Assembly: GCA_900478215.1 (NCBI GenBank)
Contig: LS483478.1
Location: forward strand, 1,353,831 to 1,377,830
Direction of reading: 5' to 3'
Source: Salmonella enterica subsp. houtenae serovar Houten
GTDB taxonomy: Bacteria > Pseudomonadota > Gammaproteobacteria > Enterobacterales > Enterobacteriaceae
DNA length: 24,000 nucleotides
Of this stretch, positions 13,797-21,678 are shown piece after piece. The position numbers were made by a program, and so were the translations under genes. The stretch's first letter is position 1; each line of letters begins with the position of its first letter. The notes beneath the pieces are model-generated. The model did no database searches and had not been told where the DNA came from. It saw only the letters and a list, made by a program, of their open reading frames with translations.

Positions 13797-14382
13797 TGCC
13801 GTTCCTGTGCATGAATACTTCAACTGTCTGAATTATTTCACTTTACTCTTGCTGAGCGAAAGGTCAAACACTGGCGTGTTGAGTCATAACGTCATGGCGG
13901 TGACCAAGGCGAAAACAGGGATTTATTTTACTATACGTATCCGGTTCGCTGCCTTATTTACGGCTTCATCGCGACAGATTGCCGGAAATGATCCTTATTT
14001 TCGGGGAAAGGTCTCTGAAAAACACCGCAATACGGCATGATTGAATACGATTAGCGTTAGTAAGAGATTTGATTAAAGAGGAAAAACCACAAAATCAAAA
14101 GGGGATTATTTAAGATAAAGTTTATTGACAGGAAATTATCGTCGGCTGCACCACATTAGGTAACTTCAATGGTATCAATTTGTTAATAATATGGTTTGTT
14201 TAATGCTATAAGTGACAAGCTTAAAAAGTGAATTTTTACTGTTGTTCCTCTTTTTTGTCGCTAAAAAATATTTTCATTCCCCTCTCGACAGGAAGAAAAT
14301 GTTCAGGCTATTTTCTAAAGGAGCCACCATCGTGGCAGCGTCGCTCGGACGGTCCGGGCGCTAACGTTAATCTGAGGATATT

Positions 14383-15621
14383 ATGGCTGACTTCCGCCCT
14401 GAGCGTCGCTTTACGCGTATCGATCGCCTTCCGCCCTATGTTTTTAACATCACCGCTGAACTCAAAATGGCTGCGCGTCGGCGCGGCGAAGATATTATTG
14501 ATTTCAGTATGGGTAATCCTGATGGCGCAACCCCTCCCCACATTGTCGAAAAACTTTGCACCGTCGCGCAGCGTCCGGATACGCACGGTTATTCAACGTC
14601 TCGCGGCATACCGCGTTTACGCCGCGCGATTTCTCACTGGTATCAGGAACGTTATGATGTCGATATCGATCCGGAAACCGAAGCGATTGTGACCATCGGT
14701 TCCAAAGAGGGACTGGCACATTTAATGCTGGCGACGCTGGATCATGGCGATACGGTACTGGTGCCGAACCCCAGTTATCCGATTCATATCTATGGTGCCG
14801 TTATCGCCGGGGCGCAGGTGCGTTCGGTTCCGTTGGTCGAGGGGGTTGATTTTTTCAACGAGCTGGAGCGCGCTATTCGCGAAAGTTATCCAAAACCGAA
14901 AATGATGATTTTGGGTTTTCCGTCTAACCCTACGGCTCAGTGTGTCGAACTGGAGTTTTTTGAAAAAGTGGTCGCTCTGGCCAAACGTTATGATGTGCTG
15001 GTAGTGCACGATCTGGCGTATGCCGATATCGTGTACGACGGCTGGAAAGCGCCATCCATTATGCAGGTGCCCGGCGCGCGCGACGTGGCGGTCGAATTTT
15101 TCACTCTGTCGAAAAGCTACAATATGGCGGGCTGGCGTATTGGATTTATGGTGGGCAATAAAACCCTGGTCAGCGCGCTGGCGCGCATTAAAAGTTATCA
15201 CGATTATGGTACCTTTACCCCACTTCAGGTAGCGGCTATCGCCGCTCTGGAAGGCGATCAGCAGTGCGTGCGCGATATCGCCGAGCAGTATAAACGTCGT
15301 CGCGATGTGCTGGTGAAGGGGCTGCATGAAGCGGGCTGGATGGTTGAAACGCCGAAAGCCTCAATGTATGTCTGGGCGAAAATCCCGGAGCAATATGCGG
15401 CGATGGGGTCGCTTGAGTTTGCCAAGAAGCTGCTGAATGAGGCGAAGGTTTGCGTTTCTCCAGGGATAGGCTTTGGTGATTATGGCGACACCCATGTACG
15501 CTTTGCATTAATAGAGAATCGCGATCGTATTCGCCAGGCCGTCAGAGGGATTAAAGCGATGTTCCGCGCCGATGGCGTGCTGTCGGCACATCCGAAACCC
15601 GTTGAAGCGAGCACGAAGTAG
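14383..15621 (+). CDS. alaC: Glutamate-pyruvate aminotransferase AlaC (PLP-dependent, class I)
   Basis: 412 aa, [48 protein letters not shown]..., near-identical to recalled E. coli AlaC/YfdZ. The PLP lysine motif [10 protein letters not shown] is present, and GAGGA lies upstream. Confidence 0.95.
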   Translation: MADFRPERRFTRIDRLPPYVFNITAELKMAARRRGEDIIDFSMGNPDGATPPHIVEKLCTVAQRPDTHGYSTSRGIPRLRRAISHWYQERYDVDIDPETEAIVTIGSKEGLAHLMLATLDHGDTVLVPNPSYPIHIYGAVIAGAQVRSVPLVEGVDFFNELERAIRESYPKPKMMILGFPSNPTAQCVELEFFEKVVALAKRYDVLVVHDLAYADIVYDGWKAPSIMQVPGARDVAVEFFTLSKSYNMAGWRIGFMVGNKTLVSALARIKSYHDYGTFTPLQVAAIAALEGDQQCVRDIAEQYKRRRDVLVKGLHEAGWMVETPKASMYVWAKIPEQYAAMGSLEFAKKLLNEAKVCVSPGIGFGDYGDTHVRFALIENRDRIRQAVRGIKAMFRADGVLSAHPKPVEASTK

Positions 15622-15627
15622 AAAAAC

Positions 15628-15655
15628 AAACAGGAGCCTCATAGCTCCTGTTTTT
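15628..15655. terminator. Bidirectional rho-independent terminator shared by alaC (+) and ypdK (-)
   Basis: AAACAGGAGC (15628-15637) pairs with GCTCCTGTTT (15644-15653) around a 6-nt loop. A T5 run follows on the plus strand, and an A-run precedes it, giving a U-run on the minus strand. Confidence 0.85.
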
Positions 15656-15670
15656 CTCTGCATTGTACTT

Positions 15671-15742
15671 TTAAATCATCAGGGCGAAAGTACCGGCCCA
15701 AACGATGACCATAAATGAAATGCCCATAAAGAAATATTTCAC
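15671..15742 (-). CDS. ypdK: 23-aa small membrane protein YpdK
   Basis: The minus strand reads GTG AAA TAT TTC TTT ATG GGC ATT TCA TTT ATG GTC ATC GTT TGG GCC GGT ACT TTC GCC CTG ATG ATT TAA, giving (M)KYFFMGISFMVIVWAGTFALMI. This matches the E. coli YpdK sequence as I recall it, and it lies in the same alaC-lpxP gap. GGAGAG sits 7 nt upstream. The ORF is below the track's length cut-off. Confidence 0.6.
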   Translation of the reverse strand: MKYFFMGISFMVIVWAGTFALMI

Positions 15743-16033
15743 GTTTCATCTCTCCGCGTACCTGTCGTACGCCTAAATGAACTTACACTTACCTGATTAT
15801 AGAGAGTTGATGCCGGACAATACGAAATTGAGAATAATTCGTGTTTCGACTGCCTGCATCACCTCAGAATTCTGCGCGTCATCGCTCCAGACGGCGCTAA
15901 TGTACGCCTAAAAATGAGGTGAGACAAGAGGCATTTTCTTATTTACTTTTAGTAACTTACAGGTGTCGTGGATCGGCGACAGTTTAATTTCTGACAGTGA
16001 TAAATCGCTATTGAGCGAAGCCGCCGACACATT

Positions 16034-16057
16034 AAAAAACCTCCTGTAAACAGGAGG
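16034..16057 (-). terminator. Minus-strand rho-independent terminator with no obvious gene of its own (second terminator behind lpxP, or end of a short transcript)
   Basis: CCTCCTG (16040-16046) pairs with CAGGAGG (16051-16057) around a 4-nt loop. On the minus strand a U6 run follows (plus-strand A6 at 16034-16039). Confidence 0.55.
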
Positions 16058-16124
16058 CTTATCGCTAAAAGCAGGAATGAATAATTTATGGTATGAATAT
16101 TATGGCAATGCGAAATGACAAAAT

Positions 16125-16145
16125 AAAAGGCCTTGCGGCCTTTTT
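16125..16145. terminator. Bidirectional terminator hairpin at the lpxP 3' end
   Basis: AAAAGGCC-TTGC-GGCCTTTTT has A/T runs on both sides and overlaps the lpxP stop codon at 16144-16146. Confidence 0.75.
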
Positions 16146-17064
16146 AGATATAGAGTGACGCTTCTCCCAACGGGCGAGTCTTGAAACGGCGATGAATCCA
16201 GAGATACTGTTCCGGGGCGCGCATGATCTCTTTCTCAATAATTTTATTCATATAGGCAGCGGCTTGATTTTCATCTGTCGGGTAGCCTTCCATTTCAGGG
16301 GTAATATAGAGACGATAACCCGAGTTATCGGTTTTCCTTACCATTGTAACGGTCAACATGGCGGCGCCAGACAGCCTGGACAGTACATAGGTACCATTGG
16401 TGGTGGCGACGTTTTCAACTGCGAAAAATGGCGCAAAGGAGCTACCTTTAGGGCCGTAGTCCTGGTCGGGAGCAAACCAAACGGCTTCCCCTTTTTTTAG
16501 CGCGCCCACAATGCCGCGCAGATTATTTCTGCCGATCATCGCTTTATTTGAGCGCATACGACCGCGCGTCTGCACCCACTCCATGAGCGGATTGTTATGC
16601 GGACGGTAGGTGGCCATCATCGGCTGACAGAGACCCATCACCCGGCCTCCTAACTCCAGCGACATAAAATGTACGCCAACGACCATTACGCCGCGATTTT
16701 GCGCCTGCGCACGGGTAAGGTTGTCCAGTCCGTCCACATCAAACCATTTTCGAACCCGGCTGTCAGGCCAGAACCAGGCCATGCCCGTTTCAAGCAGCGC
16801 CATGCCAAGAGAGTGGAAATTCTCGGCGATCAGCTTTTCCCTCTCTTCCCGGGAGAGTGTCGGAAAACAGAGTTCAATATTTTTCTGGGCGATCGACTCA
16901 CGTCGCTTCAGGAAGGGGCGCGCCAGCTTACCGGTGCGGGTGCCCAGAAAACGCAAAACCGGGTAGGGAAGCTGCACCAGCAACCAGAGGACGCCAACAC
17001 CAAACCACGTCAGCCAGTAGCGCGGATGCAAAAACGCGCGTGAAAATTTGCTTTGAGGAAACAT
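16144..17064 (-). CDS. lpxP: Lipid A palmitoleoyl-ACP acyltransferase (cold-induced LpxL paralogue)
   Basis: 306 aa from ATG 17062-17064 (MFPQSKFSRAFLHPRYWLTWFG...) with GAAGG upstream, colinear with recalled E. coli LpxP. The 27 extra N-terminal codons in the ORF track run into an ERIC repeat. Confidence 0.93.
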   Translation of the reverse strand: MFPQSKFSRAFLHPRYWLTWFGVGVLWLLVQLPYPVLRFLGTRTGKLARPFLKRRESIAQKNIELCFPTLSREEREKLIAENFHSLGMALLETGMAWFWPDSRVRKWFDVDGLDNLTRAQAQNRGVMVVGVHFMSLELGGRVMGLCQPMMATYRPHNNPLMEWVQTRGRMRSNKAMIGRNNLRGIVGALKKGEAVWFAPDQDYGPKGSSFAPFFAVENVATTNGTYVLSRLSGAAMLTVTMVRKTDNSGYRLYITPEMEGYPTDENQAAAYMNKIIEKEIMRAPEQYLWIHRRFKTRPLGEASLYI

Positions 17065-17133
17065 AAAATACCTTCTGTAGATACGAAAATAATGTATCGC
17101 AGAAGAGTCATTATCCGCAGCGGTACACTCTGA

Positions 17134-17245
<112 letters not shown>

Positions 17246-17608
17246 GTTAGGCCATCATGTACGACAATGGTTCCCGTAAGGAGTGTAAAACTAAGTCAGT
17301 ACTAAACCACGAGGGCATGAACGCCAGGCAGGTTAATGTACCACCAGTTATTTACTCGCGCCCAGAAATTCTTTATCAAGAAGCGTAAATATTTCTTCCG
17401 TAGCAAAAATACGTTAATGATTATTTTTAATTCATTGTTTTTACAGTATTAATTTCATTTCAGCGAAGGTTATTGAAAAATGATTAGAAAAATAAAATGT
17501 GAGATAAATGTTATGGAATTGACTTACTGATAAGGTTTATCTTAAAGGAGGAATGATAGGGAACGTAAGGCTATATGGAAGCCTTGTTACAGACAGGAGG
17601 TATTATAG

Positions 17609-17851
17609 ATGATCTATTTATGGACATTTCTTACAATAAGTATACTTGCCGTGAGTTGTTATATCGGTCAGGTGATGGGGGTTTTTTCTGCGGTTTCTTC
17701 TTTTACTGGAATGGTTATCCTTGCCGCTCTGATTTATTTACTCAATATATGGCTGCAAGACGGCGATGAAATCGTTAGCGGATTATTGCTCTTTCTCGCA
17801 CCTGCATGTGGGTTAATCATTCGCTTTATGGTGGGATACGGCAAGCGTTAG
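17609..17851 (+). CDS. yfdY: 80-aa small inner-membrane protein, YfdY-like (DUF2545) by position and size
   Basis: Strong AGGAGG 8 nt before ATG 17609. There are three hydrophobic segments and its own terminator follows. It lies divergently upstream of lpxP, as 80-aa yfdY does in K-12. The symbol rests on synteny and length recalled from memory. Confidence 0.7.
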   Translation: MIYLWTFLTISILAVSCYIGQVMGVFSAVSSFTGMVILAALIYLLNIWLQDGDEIVSGLLLFLAPACGLIIRFMVGYGKR

Positions 17852-17862
17852 CATGAATAGAT

Positions 17863-17891
17863 AGCGCCGATAACATCGGCGCTTCTTTATT
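17863..17891 (+). terminator. Rho-independent terminator of the yfdY-like gene
   Basis: AGCGCCGAT (17863-17871) pairs with ATCGGCGCT (17875-17883) around a 3-nt loop and is followed by TCTTTATT. Confidence 0.8.
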
Positions 17892-18246
17892 CAGGAAAGG
17901 TTGAGTCATTATTGTGCATCCACAGTAAATTATTGTTATGTAACGTATTAATCCTCTGTTGTACCCGCTTTAGCGCACCAGGATGGGGGAGGTAACAGAA
18001 TAGAATACAGCACACGATGTCGCCCACCAGAAGATAAAATCCGTCATATCAGTCGTCTGGTCCACCATCACGCCAGACAGGCTGGTACTCAACGAGGCGC
18101 CGCTGACGGAACACCTGCGAATTCCCCGTAAAAACGTTATCTGCGCATGAAAAAAGGGCTTAAGTAAAAATTCTGCCATCCCAGTGACGTTCAACCCGGC
18201 TGGCAACATCGGCAGCGATGTTGTTAGCCAAATAACGCCCAATCAC
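17887..18246 (-). pseudogene. Possible decayed gene remnant (identity unknown)
   Basis: One minus-strand frame (GTG 18244-18246 to TAA 17887-17889) has enterobacterial-looking codons (VIGRYLANNIAADVASRVERHWDGRIFT...) and ends at the shared hairpin. It carries two internal stops (TAA 18160-18162, TGA 18049-18051). The uninterrupted 90-aa track ORF (17970-18242, TTG start) is in another frame and is S/T/L-rich, like an off-frame product. Local GC is higher than in the AT-rich flanks. Confidence 0.3.
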
Positions 18247-18442
18247 CGTACAGGCAAGTCATCGAATATTTATTATAGACTCCTTATTATTCACCAGAAC
18301 ATCGAATTCTGTTTCTCAACTTCAATATAAGGTAAAAATGAGTCAAGTTCCCTATCGGAAAAAATGTACTCTTGTCCGGTGATTTGACAATATGAAAACT
18401 CATCACCTCTCCAGATTACTTCTGAATATGAGGGCAAGAGAA

Positions 18443-19381
18443 ATGAAAAAACATGTTATTGCAATGATGATGATCGCCGTATTTTCTGAGTCGGCTTATG
18501 CGGAGTCTACTTCATTTATTCCAGACTTCTCTCCTGATAGTGTCACGACATCCCTTTCCGCCGGGGTATTAAATGGTAAATCCAGGGAGCTGGTTTATGA
18601 TACCGACACCGGGCGGAAGATTAGTCAACTGGACTGGAAAATAAAAAATGTCGCCATTTTACAGGGGGATTTATCGTGGGAACCCTATTCGTTTATGACG
18701 TTGAATGCCCGCGGCTGGACTTCTTTGGCGCCGGGGTCGGGTTATCTGGTTGACCGCGACTGGATGAACAGCGAGCAGTCAGGTTGGACCGATCGCTCAA
18801 TCCATCCTGACACCAGCGTCAATCATGCCAATGAATATGATTTGAACGTAAAAGGCTGGTTATTGCAGGGCGATAACTACAAGGCCGGCGTAACAGCGGG
18901 CTATCAGCAAACCCGTTTTAGCTGGACAGCAAGAGGCGGGTCTTATATTTATGATAATGGCCGGTATATTGGTAATTTTCCTCGTGGCGAGCGTGGCATA
19001 GGTTATAGCCAGCGTTTCGAAATGCCCTATATAGGGCTGGCAGGACATTATCGTATCAATGATTTTGAGTGTAATGTCCTGTTTAAATACAGCGATTGGG
19101 TACATGCGCATGATAATGACGAACACTATATGCGGAAACTTACTTTCCGTGAAAAAACGGAAAACTCACGATATTATGGCGCCTCTATTAACGCCGGATA
19201 TTATATTACCAGTAATGCAAAAATCTTTGCGGAATTTGCTTACAGTAAATATGAAGAAGGTAAGGGAGGTACGCAAATAATAGATAAAACCAGCGGTGAT
19301 ACGGCGTATTTTGGTGGCGATGCCGCAGGTATTGCTAATAATAACTATACAGTTACTGCGGGGCTTCAGTACCGCTTCTAG
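18443..19381 (+). CDS. pgtE: Omptin-family outer-membrane aspartyl protease PgtE
   Basis: 312 aa from ATG 18443 ([20 protein letters not shown] signal peptide) with GAGGG 8 nt upstream. Colinear with recalled Salmonella PgtE ([21 protein letters not shown] ... [15 protein letters not shown]-terminal beta-barrel signature). Confidence 0.93.
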   Translation: MKKHVIAMMMIAVFSESAYAESTSFIPDFSPDSVTTSLSAGVLNGKSRELVYDTDTGRKISQLDWKIKNVAILQGDLSWEPYSFMTLNARGWTSLAPGSGYLVDRDWMNSEQSGWTDRSIHPDTSVNHANEYDLNVKGWLLQGDNYKAGVTAGYQQTRFSWTARGGSYIYDNGRYIGNFPRGERGIGYSQRFEMPYIGLAGHYRINDFECNVLFKYSDWVHAHDNDEHYMRKLTFREKTENSRYYGASINAGYYITSNAKIFAEFAYSKYEEGKGGTQIIDKTSGDTAYFGGDAAGIANNNYTVTAGLQYRF

Positions 19382-19394
19382 ACCATATCGAGAT

Positions 19395-19420
19395 GTCATC
19401 GGTCAATACAGACCGATGAC
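19395..19420 (+). terminator. Perfect 10-bp hairpin after pgtE (terminator-like, weak U-tract)
   Basis: GTCATCGGTC (19395-19404) pairs with GACCGATGAC (19411-19420) around a 6-nt loop. The following AACTTCTT is only moderately T-rich. Confidence 0.55.
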
Positions 19421-19616
19421 AACTTCTTGCGAATCTGCAAATCAGGTAAAAGGAAACATTTTGTAACGTCTGCGGTATTGATATACGCGACAGGTTTTTT
19501 GTCCAACAATCCCTGTAATTGTCCCGCATTTTTGCAACTTCTTTCACCCAACCACGCTTACCCAAACGTCCCTTCAGTCCGTCATTAGTCAAACGTCTCG
19601 TCAGCCTGCTGGCTGG

Positions 19617-20306
19617 CTAGCCGTGTTTCCTGTAAGTCTGCGGCATGCTCCCAATCACCTTACCAAAGACAAAAACCTTGTTCATCTCATCTCTTTCAAT
19701 GGGGTCCCAGGCTGAATAACTCTTGTTATCAGATATGACAAGGAGCTTATCCTTCATCTTCTGCAGCCTCTTAACATGGGCGGTATCGTCATAGAGGAAG
19801 GCGTATATTCCATCCCCATCGAAGTTTTTGATGCTTATGTCTACAAACAGCAAATCTCCTGGCTCAATAGTCCCTGACATGCTATCCCCGCGTACATTTA
19901 TGATGCGGATATTTTCCGCTTTTCTACCATCAAACATGTGTCTGGCGTCGTCCTGTGAGTACTCAACCGAACGGAGTATTTCCACGAATTCTCGATTGAT
20001 AACGCCAGGGCCAGCGCTAACTTCAAAATCCAGGATAGCGATTTTAAATGTATTTGATGATGGAGATGTGGTGATCGGAGTCGTTCCATCTTTTTTCATG
20101 GGGCCAAATCCGGTAGATAGCCATTCCGAATTGACACCTAACGCGTTTGCTATTTCAACAATCTTTGTTGAGCCACGCGCATTTCCGCTTGTCAGGCGCC
20201 AGATCGTTGGCTGAGCAACGCCTGACGCTTTAGCAAGAGCGCCTTGAGATATACCAGCCAGTTCCATTGCCTTGTTGAGACGGTCAGCGAGAGTTTCTTT
20301 TTTCAT
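19617..20306 (-). CDS. Phage cI/LexA-like repressor: N-terminal XRE-type HTH plus C-terminal S24 autopeptidase
   Basis: 229 aa from ATG 20304-20306 (MKKETLADRLNKAMELAGISQGALAKASGVAQPTIWRL...) with GAAGG upstream. It has a candidate Ala-Gly cleavage site (EVSAGPG), the serine motif VRGDSMSGTIEPGD and the lysine motif HVKRL. The track start at 20342 is a TTG. Confidence 0.9.
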   Translation of the reverse strand: MKKETLADRLNKAMELAGISQGALAKASGVAQPTIWRLTSGNARGSTKIVEIANALGVNSEWLSTGFGPMKKDGTTPITTSPSSNTFKIAILDFEVSAGPGVINREFVEILRSVEYSQDDARHMFDGRKAENIRIINVRGDSMSGTIEPGDLLFVDISIKNFDGDGIYAFLYDDTAHVKRLQKMKDKLLVISDNKSYSAWDPIERDEMNKVFVFGKVIGSMPQTYRKHG

Positions 20307-20504
20307 AACCTTCAACTTATACGCTTGCGTATTGATAGTCAAAATACTTTTTACTATTGCATTTTTAATACTTATTGCTATTATTGATTGCGGTCTATAC
20401 GTAAGAGAATGAGTATGACTAAAAAATCAATATAAAAAGCTGTTGTCATTGCAGGGGTATATCCGGACGCAGTGCTTGAAACCATATAAATAACAGGAAA
20501 CACT
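20307..20504. promoter_or_regulatory. Divergent immunity/switch region with candidate operators and promoters
   Basis: There is an inverted repeat ATACGC-tt-GCGTAT (20319-20332), with the TATACG half-site repeated at 20396-20401. Tandem TACTATTGC / TACTTATTGC repeats lie at 20352-20378. A rightward TTGCAT-16 nt-TATTAT promoter lies at 20357-20384. A leftward TTGACT-15 nt-TATAAG promoter ends 9 nt before the repressor ATG. A 6-8 codon ORF (ATGAGTATGACTAAAAAATCAATATAA, 20409-20435) sits where a cro gene would be. Confidence 0.45.
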
Positions 20505-20579
20505 ATGATATTTAAATTAATTACACTGATATTGATCTGTCACTCTTTGGCTGCTTGTACAACTCTTTATTATCGGTAA
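20505..20579 (+). CDS. 24-aa mini-lipoprotein candidate (signal peptide plus lipobox, 7-residue mature part)
   Basis: The ORF ATG ATA TTT AAA TTA ATT ACA CTG ATA TTG ATC TGT CAC TCT TTG GCT GCT TGT ACA ACT CTT TAT TAT CGG TAA encodes MIFKLITLILICHSLAAC-TTLYYR. The lipobox is L-A-A-C and AGGAA lies 6 nt upstream. The stop overlaps the next ATG as TAATG. It is below the track cut-off and could be a truncated gene. Confidence 0.4.
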   Translation: MIFKLITLILICHSLAACTTLYYR

Positions 20580-21088
20580 TGACTATGCGCCGTATATTAG
20601 CCATTACTGCCGCGCTTTCTCTTGGCGGCTGCATTACTGTGTATGGTCCGGTTAAAACGGGAGGGCAGCAACAGCAGGACAGCCAGTCCGGGCAGCAGCC
20701 AGGGATGAGCGAACAGATATCAACCTCATTCATCGGTAACCGCAAACCGGATGAGTTGCTGAATGCCGTGGAGTTGTATTTCAGGGAGAAGGCCATCACA
20801 GCCAGTGTTAACGACCCTACCACAGGGATTATCGCCGGTATCGGAGAGGACCCGGAACTGAGCTCGTTGTATCTGGACTGCTCACTGTTACCACAGACAC
20901 AAAATATCCAGGAGCATTACCGTATCGTCGCGCAGGTCTGGAGTGCCGGTGAAGGTAGTAATGTTTCGATCATGGTGATGGGCACAGCAGGAGTGGATAC
21001 TGCCGACGGTAACGATAAGGTGAAGCCAGTGGAGTGTAAGAGCACCGGAATATTTGAGAAGGATTTGCTGGAAAGATTACGTAAGTAG
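20579..21088 (+). CDS. Lipoprotein of unknown function (Gln-rich linker, two further Cys)
   Basis: MTMRRILAITAALSLGGC-ITVYGPVKTGGQQQQDSQSGQQPG... has a basic n-region, a hydrophobic core and an LGGC lipobox. The start is ATG 20579 (TAATG-coupled) or ATG 20585; the track start at 20555 is a TTG. I recognise no family. Confidence 0.75.
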   Translation: MTMRRILAITAALSLGGCITVYGPVKTGGQQQQDSQSGQQPGMSEQISTSFIGNRKPDELLNAVELYFREKAITASVNDPTTGIIAGIGEDPELSSLYLDCSLLPQTQNIQEHYRIVAQVWSAGEGSNVSIMVMGTAGVDTADGNDKVKPVECKSTGIFEKDLLERLRK

Positions 21089-21112
21089 TCTGAGAAACCG
21101 CGTGAATAAAAA

Positions 21113-21149
21113 GCCCCCGCAAGATGGAATCGGAAGTATCTGCGGGGGG
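21113..21149 (+). terminator. Stem-loop after the lipoprotein gene
   Basis: GCCCCCGCA (21113-21121) pairs with TGCGGGGGG (21141-21149) at 8 of 9 positions around a 19-nt loop, followed by TGTTTAATAAA. The large loop and weak U-tract lower confidence. Confidence 0.4.
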
Positions 21150-21410
21150 TGTTTAATAAAGTCCAAAAGTGTCTTGCAAGGGATAGCACAGATACACATC
21201 CCGCTCATAGTACCTAAGACAAAGACTTCATGTATCAACGTTGCGTAACCAAACGCCAGAAAATTGTTAATGTCATATTAACCAGTTGAATTCACTTTCA
21301 GCCGTACCGGAACATAAAGATACAGACCATTATCGTCGAGAAGTTAATATGGTTTTTCTTTCGGTTTTGCTGCTTTAATCTGCTTAACGGTGAGTATAGG
21401 GAAAATTATT

Positions 21411-21430
21411 TTATCCACTTTTTATCCGCA
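21411..21430 (+). promoter_or_regulatory. Two direct DnaA-box-like 9-mers one helical turn apart, next to an AT-rich stretch
   Basis: TTATCCACT (21411-21419) and TTATCCGCA (21422-21430) each match TTATCCACA at 8 of 9 positions. They are preceded by GGGAAAATTATTT. The 10-mer GAACTGATAA is repeated at 21469-21478 and 21532-21541. Confidence 0.35.
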
Positions 21431-21646
21431 TGGCGTGTGGTTGGCAACGATCTGTCGCGCGCTATGACGAACTGATAATTTACAAAACATCTGATATCCA
21501 GGGAATTCTGCGAACGACTGCGGAGAAGTGTGAACTGATAAATGGTGTCCCCTGCAGGAATGATTAAGCAAGGTAACATCATGACTACTAATGATATTTA
21601 TGAGTTGTGTGTTTGAATGGGATACATAGAGGGATATTAAGCAGAA

Positions 21647-21678
21647 TGGCGGTAACGGAAGGAAGGTTATTACCGCCA
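21647..21678 (-). terminator. Terminator-like hairpin closing the helicase/DUF4160/DUF2442 operon
   Basis: TGGCGGTAA (21647-21655) pairs with TTACCGCCA (21670-21678) around a 14-nt loop, 8 nt after the DUF2442 stop. The minus-strand downstream sequence is TTCTGCTT. Confidence 0.55.

Noticed and set aside
14125-14212. TTGACA (14125-14130) and TTGTTA (14180-14185) as -35 elements for alaC
   Set aside because: No acceptable -10 hexamer lies at 16-18 bp spacing from either, so I could not support a promoter call from sequence alone.
13807-14692. Track ORFs 13807-14040 (77 aa) and 14228-14692 (154 aa) in the ypdC-alaC spacer and across the alaC start
   Set aside because: They lie in AT-rich sequence or in an out-of-frame overlap with the strongly supported alaC. 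They have no SD and implausible composition.
17258-17401. 47-codon ORF (MYDNGSRKECKTKSVLNHEGMNARQVNVPPVIYSRPEILYQEA) between the ERIC element and yfdY
   Set aside because: It has no SD, no recognisable family and is short. It may be debris, and I cannot support it as a gene.
19353-19616. An ORF in the same frame as the repressor continues for about 88 codons after the repressor TAG (PASRLTRRLTNDGLKGRLGKRGWVKEVAKMRD...). With the fryA TAG, this prompted the idea of amber read-through or suppression
   Set aside because: The S24 domain is already complete at the TAG. The extension crosses the pgtE terminator hairpin and the pgtE 3' end, and its only start is a TTG. Two TAG events are too few to infer suppression, so this is most likely coincidence or debris of a lost island gene.
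20917-21248. Track ORFs 20917-21189 (-, 90 aa) and 21054-21248 (+, 64 aa) at the lipoprotein 3' end
   Set aside because: The first is antisense to the lipoprotein gene. The second spans the lipoprotein stop and the putative terminator hairpin. Neither has start-site support.
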